30,633 nucleotides of DNA from a virus. Taxonomy: Duplodnaviria > Caudoviricetes. The notes beneath the pieces are model-generated. The model saw nothing but the letters and a program-made list of their open reading frames with translations, was not told where the DNA came from and did not search any database. Positions 18,893-24,545 of the stretch are shown here, in pieces. The stretch's first letter is position 1. Every line of letters starts with the position of its first letter. The stretch covers positions 1-30,633 of the IMG/VR virus record IMGVR_UViG_3300013094_000183. The stretch is one strand, 5' to 3'. The translations under genes were made by a program, and so were the position numbers.

Positions 18893-19561
18893 TTAGTTCC
18901 TTCCATTATGAGCGCACTCTAATACTGGGCAATACTTCTTACATAACCCACTTGGTCTAGGATTCCATACATTATTGGCATAGGAAAACTTCATCCGATT
19001 ATGTTCTGCAATCCATTTAACCCACATCTTATCCTGTTTTTCAGCATCATACGAATCTTTTATGAAGTTCTTAGAAATAACAAAAAGAAGCCCACCTTTG
19101 ACCTTTTTGACTTCGGGAAAAAACTTAAAAATAGCTAGTGCCATTAGTTCCAGTTGGTCAGTATCGGCATACTTAGCCGATTTGCCAGTCTTATAGTCTA
19201 CGCAACGTGCTTCATCCCCATTGATAATCAACAAGTCAGCAATACCTCGCCACCAAACCTTTGGGTCTTTGAATCCGCAGGGTTCTAGGTTTTCTGTCAA
19301 CCCCATTTCAAACTCACAATGTTTTATACCCTCTAGTTGTTTTAAACTATCTAATGTAGATTTAACAAAACTAAACTGTGGAGGTATTGGTACGTCATCC
19401 CGTACGTAATGTTCAGCTGCCGAATGAAACTCTTTACCATATAAGATAGCATCTGTTGGTGGCTCGGTTACATCTTTAGCTACACGTAAGTGGTAAAACT
19501 TTTTAGGGCATTGGTCGTATAGCTTAATGCTAGAGTATGACCATGCAGGTATCTTAGTCAA
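18893..19561 (-). CDS. PD-(D/E)XK exonuclease, Cas4/RecB-like
   Basis: WSYSS..CP, G..FH, E, RGIADL, VDYKTGK, QLELMA and C-terminal C-x3-C-x4-C (Fe-S type); TTG start preceded by GAGGTG from the array repeat. Confidence 0.85.
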   Translation of the reverse strand: MTKIPAWSYSSIKLYDQCPKKFYHLRVAKDVTEPPTDAILYGKEFHSAAEHYVRDDVPIPPQFSFVKSTLDSLKQLEGIKHCEFEMGLTENLEPCGFKDPKVWWRGIADLLIINGDEARCVDYKTGKSAKYADTDQLELMALAIFKFFPEVKKVKGGLLFVISKNFIKDSYDAEKQDKMWVKWIAEHNRMKFSYANNVWNPRPSGLCKKYCPVLECAHNGRN

Positions 19562-19718
19562 AGTCCACCTCTATTTCATAATCTTTTTGTTGGTTTAAAA
19601 TTTGTTGCGCTAAAGACTCAAGATAGGGTGGCACAATAAGTTTAGTAGGTTTAGTAGGTTTAGAAACCAAATCTATAAATATTATCTCAAGTGAAGATTC
19701 ATTTAACTCGCTATTCAT
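19554..19718 (-). CDS. Mini-protein D (54 aa): capsid-fragment-like segment + YEIEVDFD tag
   Basis: Hand translation, not in ORF track: MNSELNESSLEIIFIDLVSKPTKPTKLIVPPYLESLAQQILNQQKDYEIEVDFD*; RBS GAGGTG; overlaps both neighbours. Confidence 0.75.
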   Translation of the reverse strand: MNSELNESSLEIIFIDLVSKPTKPTKLIVPPYLESLAQQILNQQKDYEIEVDFD

Positions 19719-19881
19719 CAAAGTCCACCTCTACTATGTAACTAGGTTTATTCGCATCTCTAAATGCGCCGCTAAGTATTCGCCCTATTATTGCTTCTTT
19801 AGTCTGCTCCATTGCTTCCGCTAAATGTTGAGTATATCGCTTGCGCATTTCTTCATGCACCTTCGGGTCTATCGTGTCCAT
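19711..19881 (-). CDS. Mini-protein C (56 aa): capsid long-helix-like segment + YIVEVDFD tag
   Basis: Hand translation, not in ORF track: MDTIDPKVHEEMRKRYTQHLAEAMEQTKEAIIGRILSGAFRDANKPSYIVEVDFDE*; RBS AAGGT. Confidence 0.75.
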   Translation of the reverse strand: MDTIDPKVHEEMRKRYTQHLAEAMEQTKEAIIGRILSGAFRDANKPSYIVEVDFDE

Positions 19882-20038
19882 CAAAATCTACCTTTGTTAT
19901 GTATGGTTCATCTACAAAAATTTCACCAGCAAACTTTTTAGTTTTTGGCATGTTAGCAAGTTGAGTTGCATACTCTTCTGCTGTTATTCCAAGTTTCTTA
20001 GCTAAGTTCATTTGTACTGCACTTATTCTTATCTTCAT
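19853..20038 (-). CDS. Mini-protein B (61 aa): scaffold C-terminus-like segment + YITKVDFD tag
   Basis: MKIRISAVQMNLAKKLGITAEEYATQLANMPKTKKFAGEIFVDEPYITKVDFDGHDRPEGA*; ATG 20038 within the repeat, RBS GGAGGT. Confidence 0.75.
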   Translation of the reverse strand: MKIRISAVQMNLAKKLGITAEEYATQLANMPKTKKFAGEIFVDEPYITKVDFDGHDRPEGA

Positions 20039-20171
20039 CAAAATCTACCTCCACTATATAGTCTTCTTTATTAAATATTTCAGCACCAAATTTACTGTAC
20101 TCAAGGTCAAATAGCGCATTAAGTCCGGGTAATAGTTCTTTCAATAAGTCTTTTCTAGATATCATTATCAT
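19998..20171 (-). CDS. Mini-protein A (57 aa): capsid N-terminus-like segment + YIVEVDFD tag
   Basis: Hand translation, not in ORF track: MIMISRKDLLKELLPGLNALFDLEYSKFGAEIFNKEDYIVEVDFDEDKNKCSTNELS*; ATGA overlap with upstream gene, RBS GGAG; alternative start 20165. Confidence 0.8.
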   Translation of the reverse strand: MIMISRKDLLKELLPGLNALFDLEYSKFGAEIFNKEDYIVEVDFDEDKNKCSTNELS

Positions 20172-20470
20172 TTAACTCCATGATACTTTTCAACCCACCT
20201 AGCAAAGTCCTTGCCTTTGCCAATACTAATCCAAGCTTTCTTTAATGTTTCATCAGGTATTGGTTTAGATTGAACAGCACAACGTTTCTCTACCTTTTTT
20301 GTAGCTTCATAAGTAGCGGCACTTCTACATACGTACCATGCACTTTTCCATGCTTGCCACATAGGATCAGAGTTAATGTCTTCATTTTCGTTGTCAATCC
20401 AATGGTTATTCATAGCCCATCGTAAAAAAGACGCTAAACACTTAGCATCGGGTGAACCTTTAGCGTTCAT
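20168..20470 (-). CDS. Hypothetical protein, distant member of the EPVAW cassette family
   Basis: 100 aa; F..W...WQAW motif; C-terminal KPIPDE...DFARWVEKYHGVK echoes LTDEEI...FARAI of the neighbours. Confidence 0.7.
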   Translation of the reverse strand: MNAKGSPDAKCLASFLRWAMNNHWIDNENEDINSDPMWQAWKSAWYVCRSAATYEATKKVEKRCAVQSKPIPDETLKKAWISIGKGKDFARWVEKYHGVK

Positions 20471-20700
20471 TTCTCTTGTGCCTTTCTTAGTATTGCTCTA
20501 GCAAATTCAAGTTCAGGCTGTCCACTCCAATCCATCTCCGCCCATAAATCTTGTATTTCCTCATCTGTTAGTGTCTTTGCTGGATGGGTGTAGAGTGGAA
20601 TGTTGTAATCAGAACAATCACCACCTTTACCTGATTTCTTAAATTTATCTGTAATAACATCATCATCTTTACACATCCACGCTACTGGTTCATTGTTCAT
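20467..20700 (-). CDS. EPVAW-family small protein, copy 3
   Basis: MNNEPVAWM...IPLYTHPAKTLTDEEI...FARAILRKAQEK. Confidence 0.8.
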   Translation of the reverse strand: MNNEPVAWMCKDDDVITDKFKKSGKGGDCSDYNIPLYTHPAKTLTDEEIQDLWAEMDWSGQPELEFARAILRKAQEK

Positions 20701-20876
20701 TTCTCTTGTGCCTTTAAAAATTTAAAAGTTAAGCCAAAACACTTGTAAACATTGATGTAACCATTTCTTTCGCTAAACAATGGCTGATGGTGCTTTGTTT
20801 GTTTTACCCATAAGCCATAGCCAAAAAATCTAAACCAAAATCCATGACCAATATTGCAGTAATAAAAAGGTTTCAT
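20697..20876 (-). CDS. Small aromatic-rich protein (59 aa) carrying the KAQEK end block
   Basis: Hand translation, not in ORF track: MKPFYYCNIGHGFWFRFFGYGLWVKQTKHHQPLFSERNGYINVYKCFGLTFKFLKAQEK*; ATGA overlaps at both ends. Confidence 0.75.
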   Translation of the reverse strand: MKPFYYCNIGHGFWFRFFGYGLWVKQTKHHQPLFSERNGYINVYKCFGLTFKFLKAQEK

Positions 20877-21130
20877 TTCTCTTGTGCCTTTCTTAGTATT
20901 TCGTATGCAAACTCAGTAAATTTAATTTCATCTACCTGACCATTTTTATCTAATTCGTAATACTTTCCAGCCGCCCATACTGCATGAATTTCTCCTATGC
21001 TAAGTTTCTTTGCTGGATGGGTGTAGAGTGGAATACAAGGTTGTTTAATATCAAAAGATATGTTTAATGCTGCACCCAAGCTAGTAAAAAGCACACCATC
21101 TACCATCCATGCTACTGGTTCATTGTTCAT
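20873..21130 (-). CDS. EPVAW-family small protein, copy 2
   Basis: MNNEPVAWM...IPLYTHPAK...FAYEILRKAQEK. Confidence 0.8.
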   Translation of the reverse strand: MNNEPVAWMVDGVLFTSLGAALNISFDIKQPCIPLYTHPAKKLSIGEIHAVWAAGKYYELDKNGQVDEIKFTEFAYEILRKAQEK

Positions 21131-21366
21131 TTATCCTGTGCCTTTCTTAGTATTGCTCTAGCAAAAGCCTTTTGTTTCATCCAAGGTGTGTTGCCATGCG
21201 AATGACTCCAGCAATAATCTATTTCCTCATCTGTTAGTGTCTTTGCTGGATTGGTATAGAGTGGAATCCATGTGCCTTCAAGATGGTCAATCACTTGTAA
21301 ATTAATTAACTTTGGCTTTCGGTCTTCCAAGCCCAACAACATCCATGCTACTGGTTCATTGTTCAT
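21127..21366 (-). CDS. EPVAW-family small protein, copy 1
   Basis: MNNEPVAWM...IPLYTNPAKTLTDEEI...FARAILRKAQDK. Confidence 0.8.
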   Translation of the reverse strand: MNNEPVAWMLLGLEDRKPKLINLQVIDHLEGTWIPLYTNPAKTLTDEEIDYCWSHSHGNTPWMKQKAFARAILRKAQDK

Positions 21367-21397
21367 TTGTAATCCCAGCTAGTTCATTTGCGTTCAT
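21356..21397 (-). pseudogene. 13-codon remnant ORF MNANELAGITNEQ*
   Basis: Starts in TAATG overlap with the polymerase stop and ends inside the first EPVAW gene; looks like a deleted cassette. Confidence 0.4.
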
Positions 21398-23229
21398 TAG
21401 CAGTCTCCATATGATTTACCAAACCCACTCTCACAGTTAACAGGTAATCCATCAGCCCACTCCGGTGTCCAACGCATACAATCTTCAATATATGCTTGGG
21501 CTTCTTCAACTTCTGTTTCCGGCACAATACAAGCAACGGCATCATGCACAGTCAGTACTACCCTGTAACGCTTAGCTATACGAATCATCTGCTCACCAAT
21601 AATGCAACGTGCCAATGCTTGGCAAACATTCTCAATAACTTTACCACCATAAATCTTATTCCAACCATAACGGGTCTTATACTGATATTGAGTTTTACCA
21701 TCTTCTTTGACTGAAACTAGCTGGTCATAACGCATTAACAAGCCGCTTGGTAAACGTATTCCACGCTCCTCTGGGGCCAGATTCAATACACCATTTTTAC
21801 CCAAAGATGTTGTCATACCCTTAGCCATTGCTTCAAGCGCTATCTGGGCTTCTCGCCATAGCGCAGTAATGTACGGATATGTTTCTCTGTAAATCGTGAT
21901 GATATGACGGGCTTCATCTTCCGTAACTTCCACATCGAAAGTCTTAAGCTGTGCTTTGAATTTCTGAGCCCCCATGCCGTAGCCACATCCGAGAATTGTA
22001 GTCTTGCCGACGAATCTTTCCTCTTTTGTAATTTCATCTGCACTCTTACCATATATAGCCGAAGCCATGATCTTGTATACATCCTCGTGCCTTTCAAACG
22101 CTTCAACCAAATCATTCTGCCCCGCCAACCATGCCAACACACGTGCCTCAATTTGACTTGAATCGGCATCAATAATCATGTAGCCCTCGGGTGCAATGAT
22201 GGCTTTTTTTAGCTTACCTGCATTATCTCCACGACTAGGCAAGTTCTGCAAGTTCAAGCTATCGCTACCACCCCACCGCCCTGTATGAGCCGCATAATAT
22301 TTAAGAGGAACTGGCATCAAACCACGTTTAGAGATTCCAATAAATCGTTCAGTCCTAGTTTCTTCTAAAGTAGATTTAGCCCCAAGGCGAGCCGCTACTA
22401 AAGCCTGTACTCTTACATCAGGATGTTCAGACAAAATCTTAAACTCCTCGTCGTTCTTAGCTAACGCAAGGGCTTCTTTACCTGTCTTCAAACTAGTCTT
22501 CATCGGTGGCACAACACCAAGTAACTTTAATAGTTCAGCAAACTTCTGATTGCTCATTAGTTCTTCACGGCTAGTAATACCAGCTTCTATTAACAACTTA
22601 GCTTTTGCCGCCCTTACTGTGTCATAGTGCTGTTCAAGTAAAGTTAAATCTAAATCTAATTTCGGTTCAATAAACATACGTAGAGTAAGATCAATCAACT
22701 TCATCTCACCTTTAGGAAATCCATTTTTAACCATAGCATTAAATAGCTTATAGGTTAACTCCACATCATTAACACAATAATCACCATATCTATTAAGTTC
22801 TTCTTCGGTAAAGTCCACACGATTCTTCCCGGATGCGGCGATGACTTCATCACCCTTAACTCCTAGTTTGTATCTTTCAGTTAGTGCCGCAAGCGATGCA
22901 CTTGATTCAACACCATGAATCCCTCGACCCATGCACATCGTATCGGCATATGCTTTAGCGGTAATACCAAACTTCTCAGACATAATGAAGCCATCAAACA
23001 TACAGTTATGAGCAAGCATCATTGACTCTTTCCAAGGAAAAGTCTTAAGGTAATCCGCTATTTGTTTGTGCGTACCACTCGCCCACTCAGTCTCACCACC
23101 ATTAACCTTAATGGCTACACCGATTACTTCAAAACGGTCACTACGTACATACTCTTCAGTTGTCATCTTAGACAGACTAAAGCTAGACTTCTCATAGAAA
23201 GTCTCAAAGTCAATCGTTATTAGATTCAC
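21397..23229 (-). CDS. polA: DNA polymerase, family A, with 3'-5' exonuclease domain
   Basis: ExoI IDFET, ExoII HNCMFD, ExoIII YCVNDV; TGRW, NLQNLP, motif A DSSQIEAR, motif B RFVGKTTILGCGYG, motif C VHDA; GTG start after GAGGAG. Confidence 0.93.
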   Translation of the reverse strand: MNLITIDFETFYEKSSFSLSKMTTEEYVRSDRFEVIGVAIKVNGGETEWASGTHKQIADYLKTFPWKESMMLAHNCMFDGFIMSEKFGITAKAYADTMCMGRGIHGVESSASLAALTERYKLGVKGDEVIAASGKNRVDFTEEELNRYGDYCVNDVELTYKLFNAMVKNGFPKGEMKLIDLTLRMFIEPKLDLDLTLLEQHYDTVRAAKAKLLIEAGITSREELMSNQKFAELLKLLGVVPPMKTSLKTGKEALALAKNDEEFKILSEHPDVRVQALVAARLGAKSTLEETRTERFIGISKRGLMPVPLKYYAAHTGRWGGSDSLNLQNLPSRGDNAGKLKKAIIAPEGYMIIDADSSQIEARVLAWLAGQNDLVEAFERHEDVYKIMASAIYGKSADEITKEERFVGKTTILGCGYGMGAQKFKAQLKTFDVEVTEDEARHIITIYRETYPYITALWREAQIALEAMAKGMTTSLGKNGVLNLAPEERGIRLPSGLLMRYDQLVSVKEDGKTQYQYKTRYGWNKIYGGKVIENVCQALARCIIGEQMIRIAKRYRVVLTVHDAVACIVPETEVEEAQAYIEDCMRWTPEWADGLPVNCESGFGKSYGDC

Positions 23230-23383
23230 TTAACTTCTCCTCAAGTTGTTCCATATAACTAGCGACAATCTGAATCAGCATCGCTAATCGTTTACCTTCA
23301 TCGCTAGATACTCGTCCGCAAAGTTTCCCAATATTAAAAAATGCTTCATTGGCATCTTCTTTTGTAATCAATAAGCTAGACAT
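23210..23383 (-). CDS. Hypothetical protein (57 aa)
   Basis: Hand translation: MSSLLITKEDANEAFFNIGKLCGRVSSDEGKRLAMLIQIVASYMEQLEEKLSESNND*; RBS AAGGAG; fills the gap and overlaps both neighbours. Confidence 0.65.
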   Translation of the reverse strand: MSSLLITKEDANEAFFNIGKLCGRVSSDEGKRLAMLIQIVASYMEQLEEKLSESNND

Positions 23384-23531
23384 TCACCTGCTCCTTGTCA
23401 TCTTCTTTATCTATCCAACCTATGAATGGCACAGGTTCTTTTTTGCCAAAAATTAACTCAAAGTTTTTTTCAAACTCTTCTCTCGGTACACCTAAAGGTC
23501 TTGGTATATCGCCTTTGCCACCATCAGTCAT
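23376..23531 (-). CDS. Small phage protein (GGKG..PRP family)
   Basis: Likely start MTDGGKGDIPRPLGVPREEFEKNFELIFG at 23531 (ATGA overlap, RBS GAGG), not 23597. Confidence 0.7.
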   Translation of the reverse strand: MTDGGKGDIPRPLGVPREEFEKNFELIFGKKEPVPFIGWIDKEDDKEQVNV

Positions 23532-23644
23532 AATTCCCTCATCGTTTTCATCATTGAACCAAAAGCAAAAATACCCCACGCTACATACCAATACCATGTG
23601 GCATCACCATATACCATAAAGAACAACGTCAATAGGCTAGTCAT
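23528..23644 (-). CDS. Small membrane protein (38 aa)
   Basis: Hand translation: MTSLLTLFFMVYGDATWYWYVAWGIFAFGSMMKTMREL*; ATGA overlaps on both sides. Confidence 0.6.
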   Translation of the reverse strand: MTSLLTLFFMVYGDATWYWYVAWGIFAFGSMMKTMREL

Positions 23645-23871
23645 CCTACACCCTTTTCGTGAGAAACTAATACATCTTTTCTTTTAACTGGGTCTTTCTT
23701 GTAAGTGTATTTATCCCAAGCACCAAAGCTATCGAGGCGAGATGTAATGTTACCTTTTTTGTTATAGGTTTCTTTCATCCACACACCATCGCTATCTGTA
23801 TAGGTAAGCACACCTTTTACGGTCTCAGCTTTAACCCAACTACCATCTGCATTTTTAATTTCATGCATCAC
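23641..23871 (-). CDS. Small beta-hairpin (YD-like) repeat protein
   Basis: Three repeats of (N/D)-x-x-G-x-W-x-K-x-x: NADGSWVKAET, DSDGVWMKETY, DSFGAWDKYTY. Confidence 0.65.
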   Translation of the reverse strand: MMHEIKNADGSWVKAETVKGVLTYTDSDGVWMKETYNKKGNITSRLDSFGAWDKYTYKKDPVKRKDVLVSHEKGVG

Positions 23872-24070
23872 CTTCTCCTTTTTTCAATAAATACTTTCTT
23901 GCACTTACTCGGTTATTACAGTTACAGCATTGCCACCTATTACGTGTGCCCTCAATCATTTTCCCTGTTAACGCAGGTTGCATAGACTGACAACTTGTAC
24001 AATACCGTTTACCTGTGATACCGTGTTCCGCTTCTCGTACTGCTTTTCTTATATCAATCTTTTCGGACAT
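23861..24070 (-). CDS. Zinc-ribbon protein
   Basis: CTSC...WQCCNC (two CxxC pairs). Confidence 0.7.
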   Translation of the reverse strand: MSEKIDIRKAVREAEHGITGKRYCTSCQSMQPALTGKMIEGTRNRWQCCNCNNRVSARKYLLKKGEGDA

Positions 24071-24254
24071 ACTTTCTCTTTTTAATTGTAGCTATACCAT
24101 CATCTTCTTGTTTGATTCGGACTTCCAGCATAGCATCTGCCATCTTGTATGCGTTGCTCGCTACCTCTTCTATAACATCATCACCAATACCCCGCATGAC
24201 AATGCCACATAAAGTAAACATAGCAAAACAATCTCTTAGATCTTCGTCGTTCAC
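24054..24254 (-). CDS. Small conserved phage protein (LRDxFA...AYxxADAML family)
   Basis: LRDCFAM...AYKMADAMLEVR motif. Confidence 0.75.
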   Translation of the reverse strand: MNDEDLRDCFAMFTLCGIVMRGIGDDVIEEVASNAYKMADAMLEVRIKQEDDGIATIKKRKYVRKD

Positions 24255-24544
24255 TTGACCCCCTTCATTTTAATTTTTTTGATTCGTTCGGCTTTACGTA
24301 GGTCATGACTATGCAACTTCTTACCTACTGATTTCGGTACTTCACCAGCTTTCTCTGCTACCTTTGCCGCCTTCTTACGGTTAACAACCGCACCACTAGA
24401 TAATTCAAACATATGCTTAGAACCTTTTGCCTTCTTACCTTCTTTAGCAATAAGTTCATCGTGTGAATATGCCTTGTTAGGTGCTTCAACAATCTTGCCT
24501 GATTTCTCTTTGATTGCAGGTACTTTTACTGTTAGCTTCGCCAT
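24251..24544 (-). CDS. Highly basic hypothetical protein
   Basis: 97 aa, Lys-rich; PAI...H...F..SSG.VV.R..A..VA..AGE...L.S.DL pattern; RBS AAGGA. Confidence 0.7.
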   Translation of the reverse strand: MAKLTVKVPAIKEKSGKIVEAPNKAYSHDELIAKEGKKAKGSKHMFELSSGAVVNRKKAAKVAEKAGEVPKSVGKKLHSHDLRKAERIKKIKMKGVK

Positions 24545-24545
24545 G

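Larger units (their letters stand above)
19556..20060 (-). repeat. Four degenerate 25-nt direct repeats at about 160-bp period
   Basis: Minus strand: TATATAGTGGAGGTAGATTTTGATG (20060-20036), TACATAACAAAGGTAGATTTTGATG (19903-19879), TACATAGTAGAGGTGGACTTTGATG (19740-19716), TATGAAATAGAGGTGGACTTTGACT (19580-19556); spacings 157, 163, 160. Confidence 0.9.
20467..21366 (-). repeat. Modular direct repeats of the EPVAW cassette array
   Basis: 27-nt start block ATGAACAATGAACCAGTAGCRTGGATG at 21366-21340, 21130-21104, 20700-20674; middle block ATTCCACTCTAYACCMATCCAGCAAAGA x3; end block AAAGGCACA(A/G)GA(G/T)AAATGA x4 ending at 21127, 20873, 20697, 20467. Confidence 0.9.

Noticed and set aside
19556-20060. 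CRISPR array (regular repeats next to a Cas4-like nuclease)
   Set aside because: Repeats are degenerate and non-palindromic, spacers are about 135 bp and are open reading frames, and there is no cas1/cas2. Cas4/RecB-like nucleases are routine in phage replication modules.
19554-20171. Simple pseudogene of a second major capsid gene
   Set aside because: Each piece is an intact ORF with its own RBS and the same tag, the unit length is uniform, most of the capsid sequence is absent, and a scaffold-like piece is interposed. Disfavoured but not fully excluded without comparative data.
20467-21366. Diversity-generating retroelement template/variable repeats
   Set aside because: No reverse transcriptase in the window, and the variable parts are unrelated sequences rather than adenine-specific substitutions.
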